Assembly: GCA_030831125.1 (NCBI GenBank)
Contig: JAURLQ010000024.1
Location: forward strand, 13,280 to 77,279
Length of the DNA: 64,000 nucleotides
Direction of reading: 5' to 3'
Source of the DNA: Gammaproteobacteria bacterium
GTDB lineage: Bacteria > Pseudomonadota > Gammaproteobacteria > Pseudomonadales > Pseudohongiellaceae
Shown here piece by piece: positions 56,813 through 64,000 of the stretch. A program made the translations under genes and the position numbers. The number at the start of each line of letters is the position of its first letter. Position 1 is the stretch's first letter. A model generated the notes under the pieces. That model worked only from the letters and a program-made list of their open reading frames with translations. It made no database searches and was not told where the DNA came from.

Positions 56813-57856
56813 CTAGACGACGTTGCCGCCAAAGTTGGTATAGTGCGCCCAAAGCCCCTTGGAGGCGTCATAAAGAAACTTGTAGGGATCATCGAATTTA
56901 CGGTCAATTTCATCCATCACCCCGGCGTCCAGAATATCCTGGGCGCTGCGCCCCTTGTTGACCAGTGTGGAACAACGTTCCCACAGATGCCACATCATGA
57001 CATGCTCTTCACGGAAGTCAGCCATTGTCATAACCGGCCCATAAGCAGGTACGATAATGGTGTCGTCATTGGCCACTTCCAGAATATCGTCCATCGCATC
57101 CACGCGTCCGCCAAGCCAGCCACCTGCATACCAGTCGAGGGCAGGGTCGCGCAGGGGTGAAGCAACATCGCCAACCACAAGAATGTTGGCATCGCGCAGG
57201 TAAATATAGGCATCGCCACGCGTATGGGCTTCCAGCAGATAGCCAAGCTCAAGGGACTGATTGCCCAATACCAGTGATTCCTTTTCGATGAAAGTATGCG
57301 TTGGCCTGCCTGGCGGCGGCAGGGCTGGCACCCAGTAGTTTTCGAAAGGCACGTAATAGTCGGCGCTGAGCCACTGACGCGTGATCTCATGGGCATGGAT
57401 AGCGGCACCGGCTTCTCCGAACAGGGCATTACCGCCTGTCTGGTCGGGATGGTAGTGCGTATTGATCAGTGCATGGACAGGCCTGCCTTCAAGGTGATGC
57501 TCAATGGTCATGCGGACAGAAGGTGCCAGTGCGGCTGAGCCACTGTCCACAAGCATCAGGCCATCATCAGTTTTCAGCACCAGAATATTGCCAGGAGCGC
57601 CACTGATTACACTCACCTGGTCGTTCAGTGCTTCTACTGGCAATACAGCAGGTGGAAGGGTTTCTTCCACGGCTGCCTGTCTGCCTGTTTCCTGTTCGCC
57701 GGGAGAACAGCCACCCAGACCCACCAGCAGTGGCGCTGAAGCAAGTCCGGCGCCGGCCCTGAGAATATTACGACGATGCAAATCGGGGTAATCAAAGGGG
57801 TCAGAGTAACTTGATCCTCTGAATAGATTCCATGTGTTTTTATCTGTGCTGATCAA
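56813..57856 (-). CDS. Tat-exported metallo-beta-lactamase-fold lipoprotein (variant HxHxDQ motif)
   Basis: Twin-arginine/lipobox leader 'HRRNILRAGAGLASAPLLVGLGGC', and 'INTHYHPDQTGGN'. It is a paralogue of the 1921-2820 protein. The start is uncertain: TTG 57856 (track) or TTG 57781 directly before the RR motif. Confidence 0.7.
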   Translation of the reverse strand: MISTDKNTWNLFRGSSYSDPFDYPDLHRRNILRAGAGLASAPLLVGLGGCSPGEQETGRQAAVEETLPPAVLPVEALNDQVSVISGAPGNILVLKTDDGLMLVDSGSAALAPSVRMTIEHHLEGRPVHALINTHYHPDQTGGNALFGEAGAAIHAHEITRQWLSADYYVPFENYWVPALPPPGRPTHTFIEKESLVLGNQSLELGYLLEAHTRGDAYIYLRDANILVVGDVASPLRDPALDWYAGGWLGGRVDAMDDILEVANDDTIIVPAYGPVMTMADFREEHVMMWHLWERCSTLVNKGRSAQDILDAGVMDEIDRKFDDPYKFLYDASKGLWAHYTNFGGNVV

Positions 57857-57873
57857 GTTACTCTGACCCCTTT
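57794..57873. repeat. Perfect 23-bp inverted repeat (AAAGGGGTCAGAGTAACTTGATC / GATCAAGTTACTCTGACCCCTTT) with 34-nt spacer
   Basis: The arms at 57794-57816 and 57851-57873 are exact reverse complements. The element begins at the last base of the DUF1552 stop codon and covers the annotated start of the MBL gene. Confidence 0.9.
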
Positions 57874-59219
57874 CAAACTTCTGTGAGTATACCGGTGCCG
57901 TTGCCGAAGCTTTCCTGTCCGATGCCCAGTTTGTCCAGGATCGTCAGATGAATGTTGGCAAGTGGTGTTCTTGGTGGTGGCGTTACATGTTTGCCACCCT
58001 TGTGTGCGCCACTGGCACCACCCACCAGAATTTCCGGCAGTGGGTAATTGTCATGCTGGTTACTGTTGCTCATATTGGAGCCGTAAAGAAACAGTGAATG
58101 ATCCAGTATGCTGCCATCTCCATCAGGGGTTTCGGCAAGTTTCTTGATGAAACGGCCAAAGTGCTGCATGTGGTAGGTCTGGATCCTGATCAGATCCTGG
58201 ATGCGTGCGATGTCATTGGTATGATGGCTGACAGGGTGGAAGCCACCGTTGACCCCCACCTGTGGATAGGTGCGGTCTGTGCCCTCTGCAGCGGTAACCA
58301 GTGTGGCAATACGGGTAAGATCTGCCTGGTAAGCCAGTGCGATAAGGTCATACATGATAGTGATCTGTTCATCAAAATTTTCAAACACTCCAACAGGTGC
58401 TGTTGGCACATCAATGCCGGACATGTCCTGGTCACTGGCAATCTGCACCCGGCGCTCGATTTCCCGCACAGTATCCAGATAGTCAGACAAAATGGCCTGG
58501 TCTCCTGCGCCCAGTTCCTTTTGCAGCGCCCGTGTGCGGTCGGCAATCATGTCAAGCACACTGCTGTTCTTGGCCAGAATCCTGGTCCGTTCTTCCTGTG
58601 TGTCGTAGGGGCCCATCAACTGGATGAACACCTTGCGGGGGTTGAACTCCATGGGCAGGGGCTGGTTGGGAGAAGAAAATGAAGTGGTCACTGCATAGAA
58701 GCCACCGTTACCGGCAGCTACCTGGATAGTGGTTTCCGTTGCCAGTTCAAGTGAAGGTAGTGCGGTTTCCTGGCCCAGTTGCTGGGCAATAACCTGATCC
58801 AGTGTGGTGGTCAGCTCGGGTATTGATCCGGTACCGGGCACTACGCAGGACAGCCAGGTGGCCGGATTGCGTGTGTGAACAGAACCCAGCGCCGCTGTGT
58901 TCTCTATGTTGTCAAAGGTGGTGACATACTGCTTGTACGGTTCCAGGGAGTCGAGCATCTTGCCCATCCTGAAATCTGCGCCTGCCCCTGAGCTTGTCCA
59001 CTGGTCTACATCAGTGCCAAAGGGTGTATTGTTCATGATCGTGCCATGGGGCAGGTAGAAAAATCCTGCACGTTTTTTCGGCATGGCCTGAACCTGTGCC
59101 AGTGCTGTGCTGGCTGGAACCATTGCTTCCAGAAAAGGCAGGGCCAGCGCTACACCTCCACCACGCAACAGCTTGCGCCGTGACAGATGTTTCTTGGTCA
59201 GGAAATTGGCCATAGTCAT
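57873..59219 (-). CDS. DUF1552 family protein with twin-arginine signal
   Basis: 'LSRRKLLRGGGVALALPFLEAM' is the typical DUF1552 Tat leader. The ATG overlaps the upstream stop (TAATG). Confidence 0.8.
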   Translation of the reverse strand: MTMANFLTKKHLSRRKLLRGGGVALALPFLEAMVPASTALAQVQAMPKKRAGFFYLPHGTIMNNTPFGTDVDQWTSSGAGADFRMGKMLDSLEPYKQYVTTFDNIENTAALGSVHTRNPATWLSCVVPGTGSIPELTTTLDQVIAQQLGQETALPSLELATETTIQVAAGNGGFYAVTTSFSSPNQPLPMEFNPRKVFIQLMGPYDTQEERTRILAKNSSVLDMIADRTRALQKELGAGDQAILSDYLDTVREIERRVQIASDQDMSGIDVPTAPVGVFENFDEQITIMYDLIALAYQADLTRIATLVTAAEGTDRTYPQVGVNGGFHPVSHHTNDIARIQDLIRIQTYHMQHFGRFIKKLAETPDGDGSILDHSLFLYGSNMSNSNQHDNYPLPEILVGGASGAHKGGKHVTPPPRTPLANIHLTILDKLGIGQESFGNGTGILTEV

Positions 59220-61603
59220 TACCTCTGATTTTGCGCCAGATCGCTGGCGTCATGTTTTTCTTCAGGTCCCTGTATGCGGAATACATCACTGTTGACCAGA
59301 TTGATGACGATTGAAGTAAAGGTGTAATCATCATTGGCCGCTTCACGGACTATTTCCCGCACATAAGGCATGTCGAAATATTCCACTTCCCGGTTCAGGG
59401 CATACATCATGAGCCTTTTGGTGATGGTCATTGGCAGCTGGTCAACACGGCTGAGCAGGAATTCACGCAATTGAACCGGTCCGTTGATCTCAAGGCCACT
59501 GGTCAATACGGTAGAGGCATCAATGGGAGCATCTGCCTGTTCATCAAAGTCGCGCCACAAGCCGGTGACTGTGAAATTCTCTAGTGCAAGTCCCGGTGGA
59601 TCAATAATGCCATGGCATGCCATGCAGTTCAGATTCCCACGGTGTGCCTCAAGTCTTGCCCTCAAGGTTGTGGGTTTTTCTCCTTCCCTTATGGAAAGAT
59701 CCACTTCCACATTGGGTGGCGGGGGTGCAGGTGGAGTGCCCATGATGCGGTCCAGTACCCAGGCGCCACGCAGTACAGGTGAGGTACGATCTCCATATGA
59801 GGTTCTGAGCAGCGTAGCCCCTTTGCCGAGCAGCCCCCAACGGTTTTCATCCTCAAGCACAACGCGGCGGAACTGCGAACCATAGACGCCTTCAATGCCG
59901 TAATGACTGGCAAGGTCGCTGTTCACAAAAGTCCAGTCTGCGGTCAGCAATTCGTGCACAGGACGATCCTCAAGCAGTACGCTGGACAGGAACAGATGCA
60001 TTTCATTTTCAAAATAAGAGCGCATGATGTTACTGAATCGGGGATCAACCGGTTTGACCTGATCCAGTTCATCCAGGTTCAGCCATGCCAGCGCGAAATT
60101 GCTGATCAATGCACTGGCGCGCGGGTCAGCCAGCATTCTTCTCACCTGGGCCGCCATGACATCAGGATCATTCAATTGACCTTCTGCCGCCAGTGCAACC
60201 AGAGCTTCATCGGGCCCCTGACTCCAGAGGAAAAATGCCAGCCGGGTTGCCAGCTCAAGATCGTTAAGGGGTCTTGGTGTATCTTCTATGATGCGCATGG
60301 AGCGGTAAAGAAAATCAGGACTGGATAGAATTGCCGTAGTCAGTTCAATGATGCCGGCATCAAATCCGCCTTCCTCGGCACGCCCGACTTCATAAAACGG
60401 CATCAGCCATTCCAGGTCTTCGTCTGTAATCGCACGGCGAAATGCCCTGGATCCCAGAGAACGAGCAATATCTTCAGCACAGGAGCGTTCTTCTGCTGCT
60501 TCCAATGGTTGGCAGACAAAGAGTTTTTTGCGGCTGTCGCTCATCGACAGTCCTGCAGGGTTGTAGGGACCATCAACCTGGACCCCAAGCCCGATTCTGG
60601 GCATGCCCATCACCCTGCCATTGCCTGTGGCATTGTTACTGGCACTCCAGGAGCGCTCAATGAATGTCACTGTCACTTCATGCAGGCCAACTTCTATATC
60701 TGCAGCAAGCCCGGCAATCTTGGCAAGGATTACATCACCACCGACAACACCATCACGCGTTGCGATTGCCAGATCTTCAGGGCCGCCGATTTCAACACGA
60801 TTTACTTCAACGCCATCGACAAGAATCAACATTACGGCCGAAGTTTCCATACCACGAGGATACAGGCCTGCATCGATGTCCAGAATGGAAAACCGGTATT
60901 CACCATCTGCCGGAAAAAAATGGGTGAATTTCATCCCCCCGCGCGTACCCAGGGGAAAACCGTCGATGTGGTTGCGGGCGAAACCGCTGCCACCTGAAAA
61001 TGTACCGGCACTCTGATCAGGCAGTTCATGGAAAACACTGGCAAGCTTGGGGACCGGAGTTCCTGCCGCCATGGTGGCTACTTCACGTGTGGCAGTAATA
61101 TACTGTTCCAGAAAGGCCGGTGATGCACCAAGCGCATTGGCAATGTTGTCAAAGCCCTCAACTTCTATTTCACTCGGCAGAATCTGCTCCGGATCGACTG
61201 TTACACCAAGAAGGTCAGATACTATGGTGGCAAATTCAGTACGATTCAGCCGCTGCACCGGAACGTGGCCAATCCTGCGTTCGCTGGCGCTGCTGTCAAT
61301 GGAGCTTTCAAGATAACTGACCATCCGGTCCACTGCATTCTGGTCAGGTTGGGCCTGGCCGGCAGGCGGCATTAATCTGCCGCGTAACTTGTTGATGGCC
61401 TCTTCCCAGATTTCCGGATCATCACCCACGTGATCCAGATCCAGAATGTCAAAAGCAACGCCTCCGGAGTAGTCCTCCAGATTGTGACAATCCAGACAGT
61501 AGTCCCTGATTAGGTTATTTGCAGACTGGCCGTTATTGACAGTCTGCCCCTGAGCAATAGATGGCAGCAAAATGAGTACGATCAGACCACTGCAAAGACG
61601 CAT
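59219..61603 (-). CDS. DUF1592/DUF1588/DUF1595-type multidomain exported protein with CxxCH motifs
   Basis: Signal peptide 'MRLCSGLIVLILLPSIAQG' from ATG 61603 (the track ORF extends to 61762). N-terminal 'CLDCHN' and C-terminal 'NCMACHGIIDPPGLALENF'. It pairs with DUF1552, as is usual for this family. Confidence 0.75.
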   Translation of the reverse strand: MRLCSGLIVLILLPSIAQGQTVNNGQSANNLIRDYCLDCHNLEDYSGGVAFDILDLDHVGDDPEIWEEAINKLRGRLMPPAGQAQPDQNAVDRMVSYLESSIDSSASERRIGHVPVQRLNRTEFATIVSDLLGVTVDPEQILPSEIEVEGFDNIANALGASPAFLEQYITATREVATMAAGTPVPKLASVFHELPDQSAGTFSGGSGFARNHIDGFPLGTRGGMKFTHFFPADGEYRFSILDIDAGLYPRGMETSAVMLILVDGVEVNRVEIGGPEDLAIATRDGVVGGDVILAKIAGLAADIEVGLHEVTVTFIERSWSASNNATGNGRVMGMPRIGLGVQVDGPYNPAGLSMSDSRKKLFVCQPLEAAEERSCAEDIARSLGSRAFRRAITDEDLEWLMPFYEVGRAEEGGFDAGIIELTTAILSSPDFLYRSMRIIEDTPRPLNDLELATRLAFFLWSQGPDEALVALAAEGQLNDPDVMAAQVRRMLADPRASALISNFALAWLNLDELDQVKPVDPRFSNIMRSYFENEMHLFLSSVLLEDRPVHELLTADWTFVNSDLASHYGIEGVYGSQFRRVVLEDENRWGLLGKGATLLRTSYGDRTSPVLRGAWVLDRIMGTPPAPPPPNVEVDLSIREGEKPTTLRARLEAHRGNLNCMACHGIIDPPGLALENFTVTGLWRDFDEQADAPIDASTVLTSGLEINGPVQLREFLLSRVDQLPMTITKRLMMYALNREVEYFDMPYVREIVREAANDDYTFTSIVINLVNSDVFRIQGPEEKHDASDLAQNQR

Positions 61604-61985
61604 TGCCGACCGCAGTGAAAATGTCTGGTTTCCGGAAAACAATGAGTTTAATGCTGGTGAGGCGCGAAAGTGCGTGCCGTTTACTTTCAGATGATTCATG
61701 AAAATCCCGGAAATGCCTTTGTCTGTTCTTATATGGTTGAAAGTAAACCGATTGTGGCACAAATCGACAGGCCATTCGATGCTGTTTGCCAGTCCCCCCG
61801 ATCATTATAGGCAGGGCTCGGATCGGCATTCCGCCATTGCTGTTATAGTATTTTACTATCACAAATGCCCATGTAATGCATAAATCCTGTCATCCATCAT
61901 TTGCGTATCTACATTTTATCCAGAGGTTCCCCAGGCTTGAGTTTTCCGGATCGGAACAATCAGGGTCCCGGGATTTTACACTGCA

Positions 61986-62921
61986 TTGTTTGCTCTCTTG
62001 GAGCGGACAGGAGGCGGTCATTTGACACAGCTTAACTACAAGCACCTTCAGTACTTTCATGTCGTTGCCAGAGAAGGCAGTGTCAATGCTGCATCAAAAG
62101 TGCTGCATCTCACTCCCCAGACAATAAGCGGGCAGATTTCACTGCTGGAAGCTTCGTTGGGACAGCAATTGTTTGCCAAAGTGGGACGTAATCTCAGGCT
62201 TACACCTTGCGGTCAGAAAGCCTACAGGTACACGACAGATATTTTTGCGCTTGGCGACGAGCTGATGCAGGAGCTCAGTCGTGAGGATACAGACGGTCTC
62301 CAGCAGATTTCTGTAGGTGTGGTCGACTCCATTCCCAAGACAATCGCCTATGAAATTCTCAAACCATTGCTGGAGAATCCAGCCATCCGGCTTACCTGCC
62401 ATGAAGGAGATATTGAAAGGTTGATGGCAGAACTGGCGCTGCAGAAGTTGGATATAGTGCTTTCTGATGTGCCATTGAATCCTGCCTTCAGTATCAAGGC
62501 ACGCACTTATCTGCTGGGAGAAAGTTCACTGAGCTGTTTCGGTGTCAAAGAGTTGTTCAGTCAATATGCGAAGAAATTCCCCGAATCACTCAATGGCGCA
62601 CCTGTACTTTTGCCCAGAACCAGTAGCCACGTCGGCAGGGAATTGCACAAGTGGCTTGAGCAAAAGCAATGGAGCCTGAATATCCGCGGCCAGTTTGATG
62701 ACAGCGCGCTGATCAAGGTATTTGGTCAGGCCGGTGAAGGATTGTTTTTCATGCCAAGTGTTATTGAAAAACTCATTTGTGCGCAGTTTGGCGTCAGGGT
62801 TGTTGGGCGTATCAATGATATCCGGGAGCGTTACTATGCCATTCGCCCGCAAAACATTCACAACAATCCCGAGCTTGACCTGATCTGTGAAAATGCAAAA
62901 AAAGCAGTTTTCAACAAGTGA
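61986..62921 (+). CDS. LysR-family transcriptional regulator, NhaR-like
   Basis: 'LNYKHLQYFHVVAREGSVNAASKVLHLTPQTISGQISLLE' closely parallels the NhaR N-terminus. The exact start is uncertain (61986-62022). Confidence 0.8.
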   Translation: MFALLERTGGGHLTQLNYKHLQYFHVVAREGSVNAASKVLHLTPQTISGQISLLEASLGQQLFAKVGRNLRLTPCGQKAYRYTTDIFALGDELMQELSREDTDGLQQISVGVVDSIPKTIAYEILKPLLENPAIRLTCHEGDIERLMAELALQKLDIVLSDVPLNPAFSIKARTYLLGESSLSCFGVKELFSQYAKKFPESLNGAPVLLPRTSSHVGRELHKWLEQKQWSLNIRGQFDDSALIKVFGQAGEGLFFMPSVIEKLICAQFGVRVVGRINDIRERYYAIRPQNIHNNPELDLICENAKKAVFNK

Positions 62922-63070
62922 TCTGGCTGGGAATGACAGCAGATCCTGTTGATTTGCCTATGTGTGTAGCACTTGAATGCTCGTAAAAACCGAATGGAAA
63001 TGCGAGATAAATCGAATTTTATCGAGTTTTCTCTGGTACTAGAATCTCTTTACTTGAAAAGGACAGGAGA

Positions 63071-63745
63071 GTGGAAATGAAGACCAGTGACCGCATAGTT
63101 GCAAGAAGCCCGATACCCGGGGTGATACTTTTGTTGCTGCTCCTTTCGGTATCTGCAGTATCCCGTGCAGAAGGGGAGATGGACCTGGATTACTGCAACC
63201 TTATCGAGTCAGGCGCTGCAGACAGGCCCGATTGCAGCCAGACATACCTGGAAGGTGCTCTTGATATTGCCTTGTTCAATTTTAAGTATCGGGGCGTTGG
63301 CGGCATCACCATGCCGGAGAGATCCTACAATATGCAATATGCCTCCGGTTTGCCTGAGCAGGCTTTTCTCTCCTCCACTGACAGTAATGACATCCTGGCC
63401 GGCCGCAATATAACTGGGCGACAAGGTCTGATGATTGCGGTGTCGCATACTTTCAATCTGCAAGACGGCAGCAGCTTTACGCCGGGCATCGAAGTGGATG
63501 CCATCAACAGGTTCAACAATACTCTGGTCAGACACAATTTGACGTCGACCGGAAAGCACCTGGCAAACATGAGCTTTACCTTCCGTTCCAGTGATGACAA
63601 ATGGCAGGTAAGGGCGGTTGTGGAAAACATCCTTGATGACGGTCTTTTCATGAATCTGACTGATATCAACAGGGGGCAGGGTATGTTCAGTCTCCCTGGT
63701 TCTCCGCGGGGTATATCAGTCGGGTTTGTAATGAAATTTCCATGA
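63071..63745 (+). CDS. Hypothetical exported protein with TonB-dependent-receptor-like C-terminal strands
   Basis: Signal peptide 'GVILLLLLLSVSAVSRAEG'. The C-terminus 'WQVRAVVENILDD...GSPRGISVGFVMKFP' parallels 'WEAGIWIKNLQDK...GEPRSIGFNIQYSF' of the TBDR at 31641-33938. Confidence 0.45.
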   Translation: MEMKTSDRIVARSPIPGVILLLLLLSVSAVSRAEGEMDLDYCNLIESGAADRPDCSQTYLEGALDIALFNFKYRGVGGITMPERSYNMQYASGLPEQAFLSSTDSNDILAGRNITGRQGLMIAVSHTFNLQDGSSFTPGIEVDAINRFNNTLVRHNLTSTGKHLANMSFTFRSSDDKWQVRAVVENILDDGLFMNLTDINRGQGMFSLPGSPRGISVGFVMKFP

Positions 63746-63815
63746 AGTTCGAAGCGTCCCTGGAGTTCGCTGAATGAAATTTCTGATGGGTCAACGAAAG
63801 GTTCAAGGTAACAGG

Positions 63816-64000
63816 ATGAGTATCAACATGCGGTTTTTGTTGAGTCATTTTCTGCTCTTTATTTTCTGGATTCCGGCAGTACATGCGGAAGATTTTCCGG
63901 TCAGTCTTTACCCATTTTTACCGGACTCTGGTAGTCACTGGTTTTCCATGCCCGAAGAAGGCCGCTCTCCGGGGCTTTTCGAGGACAGGCGAGATGCCAG
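63816..64000 (+). CDS. Hypothetical exported protein, 5' fragment (continues beyond window)
   Basis: The frame is open from ATG 63816 (or 63828) to the window end. 'MRFLLSHFLLFIFWIPAVHAED' looks like a Sec signal peptide. Confidence 0.35.
   Translation, partial: MSINMRFLLSHFLLFIFWIPAVHAEDFPVSLYPFLPDSGSHWFSMPEEGRSPGLFEDRRDA

Noticed and set aside
1-64000. I looked for CRISPR arrays, tandem repeats, rRNA genes and phage or defence gene signatures (nuclease/helicase/methylase combinations, toxin-antitoxin pairs).
   Set aside because: I noticed no regularly spaced repeats of 20 nt or more, and no ORFs with restriction, Cas, Abi, TIR, Sir2 or toxin motifs. Intergenic spacers are short, with a maximum of ~316 nt.

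Overview
This is a 64-kb chromosomal segment from a gammaproteobacterium. Gene order resembles Pseudomonadales/Cellvibrionales-type marine taxa: waaF-waaC-waaG-waaP ... hldE ... waaA, then tolC / nudF-yqiB-cpdA-yqiA-parE-parC. I can support about 57 protein-coding genes. By eye I found no rRNA, tRNA, CRISPR array, transposase, integrase or recognisable phage or defence genes.

Most of the window is housekeeping:
- trmB, leuA/lrp and cmoAB
- an LPS inner-core cluster
- topoisomerase IV
- epmB-efp-epmA
- psd, rsgA and orn

Two stretches look accessory.

1. About 33.9-44.7 kb is a somewhat AT-richer signalling island. It is my best candidate for an undescribed system. It contains:
- a GNAT-like enzyme gene split by a frameshift in an A8 run
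- a 7TM-GAF histidine kinase
- a small membrane protein translationally coupled to a stand-alone receiver
- a second GAF histidine kinase
- an LqsR-like receiver protein with an unknown C-terminal domain
- a membrane sensor with a degenerate nucleotide-cyclase-like domain
- a FimX-like degenerate REC-PAS-GGDEF-EAL protein
None of the regulators has a DNA-binding output.

2. About 55.2-61.8 kb is a four-gene exported operon: a DUF1592-family protein with CxxCH motifs, a Tat-signal DUF1552 protein, a Tat-signal metallo-beta-lactamase-fold protein and a periplasmic ankyrin-repeat protein. A perfect 23-bp inverted repeat sits at one intercistronic junction.

Other oddities are an LpxL-type acyltransferase fused to an unknown 200-aa domain, an orphan GspE/PilB-type ATPase, and several short repeated motifs.

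All functional calls rest on motif recognition in the supplied translations. No database search was possible.
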